Shown here piece after piece: positions 19,756 to 27,961 of a DNA stretch of 64,000 nt. Origin of the DNA: Candidatus Gugararchaeum adminiculabundum (GTDB lineage Archaea; Micrarchaeota; Micrarchaeia; Burarchaeales; Gugararchaeaceae); NCBI GenBank assembly GCA_902384795.1, contig CABMDC010000001.1:79429-143428 (forward strand), given 5' to 3'. The stretch's first letter is position 1, and each line of letters opens with the position of its first letter. The notes under the pieces were generated by a model. That model searched no databases. It saw only the letters and a program-made list of their open reading frames with translations, and was not told the DNA's origin. Position numbers and translations under genes: made by a program.

Positions 19756-20715
19756 ATGAAAATTCGAAAAGAGTTCACCACTAATCCTGCGTTCGGGACT
19801 CAGCCCGAAAAGCGTTCTATCGAGCAGCTGCTCCGCTCGGGCATAGTGCTGATCAACAAGCCCTGCGGCCCTTCTTCGCACGAGGTTTCCGCATTTGTTG
19901 CAAAAATTCTGGGCATAGAAAAATCAGGCCACACCGGTACTCTTGACCCGCAGGTTTCCGGAGTCCTGCCGGTGATGCTCGGCAGCGCGACAAAAATTTC
20001 CCGCTTCATCACAGCGAAAGACAAGGAGTACGTTGGCATCATGAAACTGCACAAGGACATTTCCACTGAGAAAATTCTCGCAGGAATGAAATCATTTGTT
20101 GGCGAAATAACCCAGCTGCCCCCGTTGAAAAGCGCGGTTGCGCGCAGGTTCCGCCAGAGAAAAATTTATGATTTCAAGTTCATTGAAAAAAATGGCCCGC
20201 AGGTTTTATTTTCCTGCAGATGCGAGGCAGGCACCTACATCCGGACTCTTTGCGCTGACCTGGGAAAGAAACTTGGGACCGGTGCGCACATGATTGAACT
20301 CAGGAGGACAGCGGTTGGCAGGCTTTCGGAAAAAGACTGTTTCACGCTCCAGGAGCTGAGCGATGCCTTTTGGCTCCACAAGCACAAGGGCGAGGAGGGG
20401 GAAATCCGCAAAATCCTCAGGCCCGTGGAATCCCTCATAGACCTCAAAAAAGTGGTTATAGACGACCTTGCCGCCGGAGCGGTCTGCGCAGGCGCCCAGC
20501 TCGCCGTACCCGGCGTCGTGGCTACCGACGAAAACATTAATAAAGGTGAGCTGATAAATATTTTGACCCTGAAGAATGAGCTTGTCTCAATTTCTCAGGC
20601 TGAAATGAGCACTGAACAGATGTTAAGTGAAGAGCGAGGAATAGTTGCGAGAACAGTGCGAGTAGTCATGCCGCGGGGTGTTTACCCCGAGAAACGGCCG
20701 ACTGCGGATAGCTAA
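19756..20715 (+). CDS. cbf5: tRNA/rRNA pseudouridine synthase Cbf5 (H/ACA RNP catalytic subunit)
   Basis: TruB catalytic motif (GHTGTLDPQVSGVLPVMLG) and C-terminal PUA domain. Confidence 0.9.
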   Translation: MKIRKEFTTNPAFGTQPEKRSIEQLLRSGIVLINKPCGPSSHEVSAFVAKILGIEKSGHTGTLDPQVSGVLPVMLGSATKISRFITAKDKEYVGIMKLHKDISTEKILAGMKSFVGEITQLPPLKSAVARRFRQRKIYDFKFIEKNGPQVLFSCRCEAGTYIRTLCADLGKKLGTGAHMIELRRTAVGRLSEKDCFTLQELSDAFWLHKHKGEEGEIRKILRPVESLIDLKKVVIDDLAAGAVCAGAQLAVPGVVATDENINKGELINILTLKNELVSISQAEMSTEQMLSEERGIVARTVRVVMPRGVYPEKRPTADS

Positions 20716-20727
20716 TGTTCTCCACAT

Positions 20728-20750
20728 CCGCCTTTTTACAAAAAAGGCGG
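20728..20750 (+). terminator. Perfect 10-bp stem hairpin ccgccttttt-aca-aaaaaggcgg immediately after cbf5, terminator-like
   Basis: Inverted repeat seen directly. Sits at the operon end before the tRNA-Ser promoter. Confidence 0.5.
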
Positions 20751-20841
20751 AAGCGAAAAACTTCTCTGAAGCCCCCAAAACTCTGCTCCTCAGCAAAATC
20801 AAAGGTAAATAATATTTGCCCTGTGAATTTTTGCATATCAT

Positions 20842-20925
20842 GCCGAGGTGGCAGAACCTGGTAACGCGCTAGACTGGAAATCTAGTGCCCTTTCGGGCTT
20901 AGGAGTTCAAATCTCCTCCTCGGCG
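20842..20925 (+). tRNA. tRNA-Ser (anticodon GGA) with a long variable arm
   Basis: Acceptor GCCGAGG/CCTCGGC. Anticodon loop CTGGAAA within stem CTAGA/TCTAG. Variable arm TGCCCTTTCGGGCTTAGG. T-arm GGAGTTCAAATCTCC. Confidence 0.85.
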
Positions 20926-21036
20926 TTGCGCTTTTTAGAAAAAAGCGCCCAAAAACCGAAGGTACGGGGCTTTGCCCCGAAACCCCGTTCATGCTCGTTA
21001 TTCGCGAGAGAAAAGTTGCATTTGCAGTTGATTGTA

Positions 21037-21813
21037 ATGGCTGTTGGAAAAACAAAAAAGAAATTCAAGAACAAGGAGCCCCCGCGGGCCCATGGCGCAA
21101 AGCAGGAAGAGAGGAAAATAGACGAGAACAAGAAGCTTGCGTCGGGAGTAATGTTCAAGGACATCCGCGGTATCGTCCGCCTAAGCGGCAAAGATGTTCC
21201 GGGTGAAACAGACCTGAAGCACGCGCTCGCAAAAGTAAAAGGCATAGGCGAAAGGCTCGCCCAAATTTTACACCCGGTCATTATTTCCGAATTGCACTTG
21301 CACGAAAAGGCTGTAATCGGCGAACTGAACGACGAACAGCTCGACCACATGGAAAAAATTCTTTCTAATCCTTTGCAATACAAGATTCCTGCATTTCTGG
21401 TAAACCGGCAGGGCGATGCCCAGGCAGCCGGGGAAACCAGGCACCTGATCGGCAATGATCTTTCATTCGCCACCAGGCAGGATATTGAGCGCGAGAAAAA
21501 CCTATTTACCTGGAAAGGCTACAGGCATGCCTATGGCCAGAAAGTAAGAGGACAGCACACCCGCACCAGCGGAAGACAGGGAATGACGGTCGGAGTCATG
21601 AGGTCTGCGCTCAAGGCAGCGGCAGGAGCCGGAGTGCCCGACGCAGCAGCGGCCCAGAAGGCGGCAATAGACGCAGCAACCGGGGCAGCACCCAAGGCAG
21701 GGCCTGCACCCAAAGGGGCAGCAAAAGGAGCAGCACCGGCAGCCGGAAAAGCGCCGGCAGCAGGAGCGGCACCGGCAGCAAAACCAGCGGCCAAGCCAGC
21801 TGAGAAAAAGTAA
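21037..21813 (+). CDS. rps13: 30S ribosomal protein S13 (uS13) with a roughly 100-aa Ala/Pro/Lys/Gly-rich C-terminal tail
   Basis: FKDIRGIVRLSGKDVPG...GIGERLAQ core. The tail AAAGAGVPDAAAAQKAAIDAATGAAPKAGPAPKGAAKGAAPAAGKAPAAGAAPAAKPAAKPAEKK is low complexity. Confidence 0.85.
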   Translation: MAVGKTKKKFKNKEPPRAHGAKQEERKIDENKKLASGVMFKDIRGIVRLSGKDVPGETDLKHALAKVKGIGERLAQILHPVIISELHLHEKAVIGELNDEQLDHMEKILSNPLQYKIPAFLVNRQGDAQAAGETRHLIGNDLSFATRQDIEREKNLFTWKGYRHAYGQKVRGQHTRTSGRQGMTVGVMRSALKAAAGAGVPDAAAAQKAAIDAATGAAPKAGPAPKGAAKGAAPAAGKAPAAGAAPAAKPAAKPAEKK

Positions 21814-21844
21814 TTTTATTGTCAATTGATTTTTAGGTGAACAA

Positions 21845-22510
21845 ATGGGAGACCCACGAAGATTAACCAACAAATACGAGACCCCAAGAAAAGTCTGGGA
21901 CGTGCAGAGGCTGGAAGAGGAATCAGCACTCCTAAAGGAATACGGCCTCAAGAACATGCGCGAGTTGTGGGTAATTTCCAAGGAGCTGAAGCGCATAAGG
22001 CGTGAGGCAAGGAAAATGCTTTCATTGGGAGAAGAGGGCGCGAAGAAAGCAGAGCCCCTGCTCACAAAAGTCAAAAAGTTAGGATATCTTTCAGGAGACA
22101 TCACACTAGACAGTTTGCTTTCGCTTGATATCAAATCACTTCTTGAGCGCAGATTGCAAACCCAGGTTGTAAGGCGCGGCTTGGCCCGCACATTCAAGCA
22201 GTCACGCCAGCTCGTGACCCACGGATTCGTAATGATAAACGGCAGAAAAGTCAATGTTCCAAGCTACATTGTTCCAATCAGCGAGGAAAGCACACTTTCC
22301 TATTACAAGGCAATCGACATCGGCGCAGCCCCGGTCGGCGGCACTGAAAAACCAGGAAGATCTGAAGAGCACGGAAGGTTTGACCGGCGCGGCGGAAGAG
22401 GCGGCGGGCGTGGCGGTGGCCGCGGCGGATTCAGGCAGCAGAGGCATTCTTCGCCAGCAGCCCCGGCAGCACCTACAGCAGCGCCAAAGCCAGCGGAAAA
22501 ATCCGAATAA
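21845..22510 (+). CDS. rps4: 30S ribosomal protein S4 (uS4) with a C-terminal RGG-repeat tail
   Basis: S4 domain (QVVRRGLARTFKQSRQLVTHGFVMINGRKVNVPSYIV). The tail DRRGGRGGGRGGGRGGFRQQRHSSPAAPAAPTAAPKPAEKSE is unusual. Confidence 0.88.
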   Translation: MGDPRRLTNKYETPRKVWDVQRLEEESALLKEYGLKNMRELWVISKELKRIRREARKMLSLGEEGAKKAEPLLTKVKKLGYLSGDITLDSLLSLDIKSLLERRLQTQVVRRGLARTFKQSRQLVTHGFVMINGRKVNVPSYIVPISEESTLSYYKAIDIGAAPVGGTEKPGRSEEHGRFDRRGGRGGGRGGGRGGFRQQRHSSPAAPAAPTAAPKPAEKSE

Positions 22511-22541
22511 ACATTTATGATTCAATTTTCACGGTGAACTC

Positions 22542-23129
22542 ATGAGCGAAAAAGAAAAACCCAAGGAAGAAAAAAAGCACGAGAAGGATGCCGAGAAGCC
22601 CAAGGCCGAGAAGAAGCACGAGCACACCGAGCCCAAGAAAGAGGGAAAGCCCGAGGAGAAAAAATCCGAAGCCAAGGGCGATGAAAAAGCACCCGCAGCA
22701 TCCGAAGCTCCGGCGCCAATAGTGGTTGATGAAAGAAAGCCCATGAAAAGAAGGTGGGCGATCGCACACGTTTTCTCATCCAAGAACGACACCATAATCA
22801 CGATCACAGATGTAAGCGGCGCAGAAACAATTGCGCGTGTTTCAGGTGGAATGATAGTGAAAGCTGACAGGGAAGAGGGTTCACCCTATGCCGCAATGCA
22901 GGCCGCGATCCAGGCCGCAACGCAGGCGAAAAACAAAGGAATCACCGGAGTGCACATCCGCATCCGCGCACCAGGAGGCTCGGGAAGTTTCAACCCGGGG
23001 CCAGGAGCGCAGGCGGTTGTCCGTGCCCTTGCAAGGTCAGGACTGAGAATCGGAAAGATTGAAGACGTCACTCCGATTCCGACCGACTCGACCAAGAGGC
23101 CTGGAGGAAGGAGGGGAAGAAGGGTATGA
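22542..23129 (+). CDS. rps11: 30S ribosomal protein S11 (uS11) with a roughly 65-aa K/E-rich N-terminal extension
   Basis: Core [50 protein letters not shown]... Confidence 0.9.
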   Translation: MSEKEKPKEEKKHEKDAEKPKAEKKHEHTEPKKEGKPEEKKSEAKGDEKAPAASEAPAPIVVDERKPMKRRWAIAHVFSSKNDTIITITDVSGAETIARVSGGMIVKADREEGSPYAAMQAAIQAATQAKNKGITGVHIRIRAPGGSGSFNPGPGAQAVVRALARSGLRIGKIEDVTPIPTDSTKRPGGRRGRRV

Positions 23130-23695
23130 AAATCGAAATCCATAAGGATGAAGATCACGTGCTCGAGTTCACGCTCAAGGATGCCACCACGGCTTTTGCC
23201 AACGGGATTCGCCGCTGCTGCATGGGACAGGTTCCCACGTTCGCAATCCAGAAGGTCACGATTTACGAGAATACGAGCGCCATGTTTGACGAGTATGTCA
23301 CCAACAGGCTTGGCATGATTCCGCTCAAGAGCGAGTCCAAGCACACGGACAAGGATGAGATAATGTTCACCCTTGACGCCGAGGGCCCGTGCACCGTGAC
23401 GAGCAAGGACCTGAAGAGCAGCGACTCGAAAATCAAGGTCGCGAACCAGAATCTTCCGATCATGAAACTGCTGGACAAGCAGAAGCTCAGGCTCGAAGCG
23501 ACCGCAATCCTCGGAAAAGGGAGGGTCCATGGGAAATTCCAGCCGGGAATCGCATCCTACAAAATGGACAAGTCCGGCGCATTCAAGTTCAAGGTTGAAT
23601 CATTCGGGCAGTTAAATGCAAAACACATCGTTTTGCAGGCGACCCGCATTTTGGAAGAGAAATGCGAGGAGCTCGAGAAATTATTGAAGGAGTAA
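23126..23695 (+). CDS. rpoD: DNA-directed RNA polymerase subunit D (Rpo3), short form
   Basis: Dimerisation domain ([60 protein letters not shown]). Conserved position after S11. Confidence 0.75.
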   Translation: MKIEIHKDEDHVLEFTLKDATTAFANGIRRCCMGQVPTFAIQKVTIYENTSAMFDEYVTNRLGMIPLKSESKHTDKDEIMFTLDAEGPCTVTSKDLKSSDSKIKVANQNLPIMKLLDKQKLRLEATAILGKGRVHGKFQPGIASYKMDKSGAFKFKVESFGQLNAKHIVLQATRILEEKCEELEKLLKE

Positions 23696-23725
23696 GGAGT
23701 GAATTTCAGCGCCCCTCAATCAGCT

Positions 23726-23810
23726 GCGGGGGTGGCAGAGCCTGGTCAAATGCGCAAGGTTGAGGGCCTTGTGACTTAGGTCTACAAGGGTTCAAATCCC
23801 TTCTCCCGCA
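23726..23810 (+). tRNA. tRNA-Leu (anticodon GAG) with a long variable arm
   Basis: Acceptor GCGGGGG/CTCCCGC. Anticodon loop TTGAGGG in stem CAAGG/CCTTG. Variable arm TGACTTAGGTCTACA. T-arm AGGGTTCAAATCCCT. Confidence 0.85.
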
Positions 23811-23860
23811 TTGCGTTCACAGAGAGAAAATCAAAACAAAAAAAAAGAAAAGTGACAATT

Positions 23861-24220
23861 ATGAAATCAGGACCGGAAAACGAGCACATCATCGATCTCG
23901 CGCGCTTCCTGCGCAAACAATCAGTGGAGCACAAGGCTCCCATATGGCGCAGGATTGCCGACGACCTCACAGCCCCGCGCAGGAACAAGATTGAAGTGAA
24001 CATCAGCAAGCTCGCGCGCCTTTCCCAGGACGGAAAAGTCATCCTGGTGGCTGGAAAGGTTCTGGGCTCTGGAAGGATTGACAAGAAGGTTGAAGTGGCC
24101 GCGGTTGCATTCTCAAAAACCGCCCGCGAAATGATTACAAAGGCAGGCGGAAAATGCCTGGAGATTAAGCAGGTAGTTGAAAGCAAGCCAACAGGAAACG
24201 GCGTGCATTTAGTAAAATAG
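23861..24220 (+). CDS. rpl18e: 50S ribosomal protein L18e
   Basis: Archaeal L18e (HIIDLARFLRKQSVEHKAPIWRRIADDL...RRNKIEVNISKL). ATG follows GTGACAATTATG. Confidence 0.85.
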   Translation: MKSGPENEHIIDLARFLRKQSVEHKAPIWRRIADDLTAPRRNKIEVNISKLARLSQDGKVILVAGKVLGSGRIDKKVEVAAVAFSKTAREMITKAGGKCLEIKQVVESKPTGNGVHLVK

Positions 24221-24255
24221 AATTTATTTGAAAATAAAATTTACAGATGATATTT

Positions 24256-24699
24256 ATGGCAAAACAGCTTGTAATTGACGCGAACAATGGCGTACTGGGC
24301 AGGATCGCAGCCAGGGTTGCAAAGCACCTGCTGGGCGGCGATTCCATAGTCCTGGTCAATGCAGAAAAGCTGGTAATCTCCGGGGATCCGGCAGTGACCG
24401 CCGAGAAATACCTCGCGCGCAGAAGGGTGAAGAACAAGGCAAACCCCGAGCACTCGCCCAAGTGGCCGCGCAGGCCTGACTTCCTGGTGCGCAGGGTAAT
24501 CCGCGGAATGCTCCCATTCTATTCCAGACGGGGAAGGAATGCATTCAAGAACCTGAGAGTTTACATTGGTATTCCTGAAGAGTTCGCAAACGCAAAGCTG
24601 ATGGAATTCGAGCAGGCGAGCGCAAACCTTCTTGATTCAAAGAAAAGATGCACGGTCGAGCAATTGTGCACAAGAATGGGCTTCAGATTAGAGAAATAG
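24256..24699 (+). CDS. rpl13: 50S ribosomal protein L13 (uL13)
   Basis: VIDANNGVLGRIAARVAKHLLGGDSIVLVNAEKLVISG. ATG follows GATGATATTTATG. Confidence 0.9.
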   Translation: MAKQLVIDANNGVLGRIAARVAKHLLGGDSIVLVNAEKLVISGDPAVTAEKYLARRRVKNKANPEHSPKWPRRPDFLVRRVIRGMLPFYSRRGRNAFKNLRVYIGIPEEFANAKLMEFEQASANLLDSKKRCTVEQLCTRMGFRLEK

Positions 24700-24751
24700 A
24701 TGAAATAAAATTGAACGATGAAAAAGAAACGCGAAAATTAATGTGATATTT

Positions 24752-25201
24752 ATGGACGCAACCGCAACACCGAAACCAAAGAAAAAGAAGGCAGCAGCGA
24801 AATCCAAATCAATAACTGAGAGAGGAAAGCGCAAGGAGAGCGTTGCGCGCGCATCCATCAAAAAAGGAAAGGGAACGGTCCGCGTGAACAGGTTCAATGT
24901 GAACGCGCTCCCTGACAAATATTTGAAGGCAGTAATCACCCAGCCGCTCGCCATCGCAGGCGCCGCGGTGAATGATGTTGACATCGATGTCACTGTTTAC
25001 GGCGGAGGCCCCATGGGCCAGGCCCAGGCAGTGGCGAATGCGATCACAAAAGCGATTCTCGCCTACACCAAGGACGATTCCCTCAGGCACAGGTTCCTGG
25101 AGATCGACAAGTTCCTGGTGGTTGAGGATTCAAGAAGGGTTGAGCCCAAGAAATACAAGGGACCCAAGGCAAGGGCCAGGTTCCAGAAGAGTTACCGTTA
25201 A
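24752..25201 (+). CDS. rps9: 30S ribosomal protein S9 (uS9)
   Basis: GKRKESVARASIKKGKGTVRVN...GGGPMGQAQAVANAITKAIL...RFQKSYR. Confidence 0.92.
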   Translation: MDATATPKPKKKKAAAKSKSITERGKRKESVARASIKKGKGTVRVNRFNVNALPDKYLKAVITQPLAIAGAAVNDVDIDVTVYGGGPMGQAQAVANAITKAILAYTKDDSLRHRFLEIDKFLVVEDSRRVEPKKYKGPKARARFQKSYR

Positions 25202-25233
25202 ACAAACAGCCATTGGCTGGATTGGTGGTATGA

Positions 25234-25431
25234 ATGTTATTCCCCATAAGATGTTTCACCTGCGGCGCAGTGATTGCTGACAAGTACGAGGATTTCGTTG
25301 AAAAGACGCGCGAAGGCGAGGACAAGGGCAAGGTATTGGACAAGCTCGGAGTGGAGAGATACTGCTGCCGAAGGATGTTCCTCACGCACGTGAATGTAAT
25401 AGACGACATATCGCTTTGCGATAGGTTCTAG
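25234..25431 (+). CDS. rpoN: DNA-directed RNA polymerase subunit N (Rpo10)
   Basis: 65 aa. [13 protein letters not shown]...CCRRM zinc-binding motif. Confidence 0.88.
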   Translation: MLFPIRCFTCGAVIADKYEDFVEKTREGEDKGKVLDKLGVERYCCRRMFLTHVNVIDDISLCDRF

Positions 25432-25456
25432 GTCCATAAAATTCATAAAATCGGAA

Positions 25457-25529
25457 GGGGCTGTGGGCTAACCTGGCATGCTTCCAGCTTGGGGTGCTGG
25501 CGATCTGAGTTCAAATCTCGGCAGCCCCA
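25457..25529 (+). tRNA. tRNA-Pro (anticodon GGG)
   Basis: Acceptor GGGGCTG/CAGCCCC. Anticodon loop TTGGGGT in stem CCAGC/GCTGG. T-arm GAGTTCAAATCTC. The overlapping minus-strand ORF is spurious. Confidence 0.85.
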
Positions 25530-25537
25530 TTGCCCAT

Positions 25538-25562
25538 CCTTTTCTTTTGCGAAAAGAAAAGG
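25538..25562 (+). terminator. Perfect 11-bp stem hairpin ccttttctttt-gcg-aaaagaaaagg just downstream of tRNA-Pro
   Basis: Inverted repeat seen directly. Terminator or processing hairpin. Confidence 0.45.
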
Positions 25563-25769
25563 CTGGTCGAATCCAAAAGAAAAAATGAGTGACAAGCAAG
25601 AACTCGAAAACGCGCGGATGAAAAGCTCGCGATAACTCGCTCGCTTTTCCTCCCAACATTATATTTGCGCAAGTTCTCCCGAAGAAGTGGATGAAAGCGC
25701 CGGTTGCCATCGGCTGCCGGCAGGGTGCTTTCGCGCCTATTGCCTGCGGGGCTCTTGTACGGTGATTAA

Positions 25770-26600
25770 ATGAGTGATTTGTTAATACAGCAGGAAAAAT
25801 ATCTTGAGGCAGGAGTGCACATCGGCACAAAAATAAAATGCGCCGACATGATCCGCTTCATCTACAAGGAGCGCGAAGACCGCCTTTTCGTTTTAGACCT
25901 TAGAAAAATTGACGAGAGGATCAAATACGCCGCAAAAGTAATTGCCAATTACAAGCCCGAGGATGTCGCCGTTGTCGCTTCCCGTTTGTACGCTGAAAAC
26001 GCGGCAAGAAAATTCTGCGAGCTCACCGGAGCAAAACTGATTTCCGGAAGATTCGTTCCGGGAATGTTTACCAACACAATCAGGCCCAACTTCGCAGAGC
26101 CGAAGCTGGTTCTCATCTGCGATCCAAGAGGCGAGAGGCAGGCTGCAATTGAGGCCGGCCAGCGCGGAGTTGCGGTGATCGGATTGTGCGACACTGACAA
26201 CCGCACCTCATTCATAGACTTCGTAATCCCCTGCAACAACAAGGGGCGAAAGTCGCTTGCACTTATTTTCTACCTTCTGGCGCGCGAGCTCCTGAAGGCA
26301 AAGGGAGTGATCTCCGACTATTCGGACTTCGCGGCCAAGCTCGAGGAATTCGAGGAATTCAAGGACGAGCCGGTCGAAGGCGAAGGGGCGGAAGGAGAAG
26401 GCGCGGCTGGAGCAGAGAAATCCGAAGAGGCTGCGGACTCCAAGCAGGTCCTTGAAGTGGAAAAAACCATTGAAGAGGCAAAAAAGCCCTCAAAACCAAG
26501 GAAAAAGAAAGAGCCTGCTGAAGGCGAAGCGACCGAAGCTGCGGCAAAGGACGAGTCTGCATCAGCCAAAGCTCCGGCTGAAGAAAAACCCGACGAATAA
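25770..26600 (+). CDS. rps2: 30S ribosomal protein S2 (uS2) with a roughly 75-aa acidic/Ala-rich C-terminal tail
   Basis: YLEAGVHIGTKIKCADMIRFIYKEREDRLFVLDL...LICDPRGERQAAIEA. TATA cattatattt at 25657-25666 and SD GGTGATTAAATG. Confidence 0.9.
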   Translation: MSDLLIQQEKYLEAGVHIGTKIKCADMIRFIYKEREDRLFVLDLRKIDERIKYAAKVIANYKPEDVAVVASRLYAENAARKFCELTGAKLISGRFVPGMFTNTIRPNFAEPKLVLICDPRGERQAAIEAGQRGVAVIGLCDTDNRTSFIDFVIPCNNKGRKSLALIFYLLARELLKAKGVISDYSDFAAKLEEFEEFKDEPVEGEGAEGEGAAGAEKSEEAADSKQVLEVEKTIEEAKKPSKPRKKKEPAEGEATEAAAKDESASAKAPAEEKPDE

Positions 26601-26659
26601 GGAATACGGGAAAATCGCGGCCGCAGTCCAGCGAGCCAATTGAACACACGTTATTCGAT

Positions 26660-27955
26660 CTAGCCAATGCTATTGTACAGGTAGCCGTCATCCGCTGGCG
26701 GCGCCGCAGTCTTTCCTATCTTGTTGCACTCGTTTATCATGTATTGGTTCGATGCGGTCGGAGCAATCTCGCCGCACAATGCCGTATTATTCTGCGCCAC
26801 CGCCACGTTGTAGAAGCAGTTTGCCTGGCACGAATCGTCAAAGTTTATATTTCTGCATCCCTGTGCTGAAAGTCTTGAGGTGTAATCTGGATTGGTGGAA
26901 ATCTGCAAGCAGCAGACATACAATCTCTGGTAGTCATTCTCCGCAGAGGCGCAGTCGCCCGGGTTTGCAGTCGCCTTTGCAACTGCAATAACACAGCCGT
27001 CCCTGTTCATAATGGTGAGGACGTTCTTGCAAACACTTACGTCCTGCAGCAGGAGCGCCATTTTTGTGTAGCAGTCATTCCTTGCCGGCTCGGTGTACAA
27101 ACTCTTGCAAAGCGTGGCATCCTTCTTCCGTTCAGCCATTGTCTGGTAGCAGTCATTGATGTAAAATTCCTTGGTGGTGGAAGCGCATGCGTTCGCGTCA
27201 TTCTTATTGAACGCATAGAGCTCGTAGCACAAGTCCCGCGAAACGGTTATCTCAGGGTTTGCGCAGTAGGACCAGTCGCTCGAAACAATGGCCTTGCAGG
27301 CATAGCCATAGGCTGAATTTGTTATCACGCTGCAGGCCGCAAAATCGTTCCTTTGTATCGCATACTGGAGCATGCAGTCATTGGGCGCAGGCGAATCAGT
27401 GCACCTGGTCACATCGTTCTTGTCCAGTGCACGACACAATGTCTTGTTGGAAAGGTCGTCTATCCCCGCGCAGGGCGCGTTGGTTTTGCCCAGGCACTCG
27501 GCCTTTAGCGTTTCGTTTTCAATCGCATTGCAATAGGCGCTGGAATTTTTGGTTTGCGCGGCAAGCAAAAGGCAGGTGTCGCGCTTCATTTCGCTCGTTA
27601 TCTGGCTGCACAACTTGGTGTCTTTCAATGCCTGCGAGTAGAAGCAGTCATCCCTGATATTCATGTTTGTAATCCGCCCGCACATGGCGGAATCTCCTTT
27701 TGAAAGGCTCTCCTGGAAATAGCAGTTGTCCATATCGTTTATATCGGTCATCTCCTGGCATCCTTTCAGCGCCACATCTGTGGAGTCGTTCACTACCGTT
27801 CCTCCCCCGTTGTCCGAACCGTTTCCAATCGTTCCATTCCCTGTCCCAGGCTTCACCACCGGCTGGGGCGTGCCAGTGCATCCTGCGAGCAAAAGCATGG
27901 ACGCGACAATAACAATAAGCAATGCAATCCTCGAATCAGTGTTTTTCATAGCCAT
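26660..27955 (-). CDS. Secreted lipoprotein built from about 17 tandem Cys-rich repeats of roughly 22 aa
   Basis: Signal peptide with lipobox LLLAGC. Recurring unit C-x(8-9)-(R/N)D-x-C-(Y/F/L)-x3-A-x(5-8). About 36 Cys. The 7-nt gap to the upstream KaiC-like gene suggests co-transcription. Confidence 0.7.
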   Translation of the reverse strand: MAMKNTDSRIALLIVIVASMLLLAGCTGTPQPVVKPGTGNGTIGNGSDNGGGTVVNDSTDVALKGCQEMTDINDMDNCYFQESLSKGDSAMCGRITNMNIRDDCFYSQALKDTKLCSQITSEMKRDTCLLLAAQTKNSSAYCNAIENETLKAECLGKTNAPCAGIDDLSNKTLCRALDKNDVTRCTDSPAPNDCMLQYAIQRNDFAACSVITNSAYGYACKAIVSSDWSYCANPEITVSRDLCYELYAFNKNDANACASTTKEFYINDCYQTMAERKKDATLCKSLYTEPARNDCYTKMALLLQDVSVCKNVLTIMNRDGCVIAVAKATANPGDCASAENDYQRLYVCCLQISTNPDYTSRLSAQGCRNINFDDSCQANCFYNVAVAQNNTALCGEIAPTASNQYMINECNKIGKTAAPPADDGYLYNSIG

Positions 27956-27961
27956 GGAATT

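Noticed and set aside
25468-25830. 120-aa minus-strand ORF overlapping tRNA-Pro and the rps2 start
   Set aside because: The region is better explained by a + strand tRNA-Pro with canonical T-arm, plus the rps2 promoter and SD.
27259-27912. + strand ORFs inside the Cys-repeat lipoprotein gene, and 28029-28699 + ORFs inside the KaiC-like gene
   Set aside because: Antisense to genes with clear signal/lipobox and Walker motifs.
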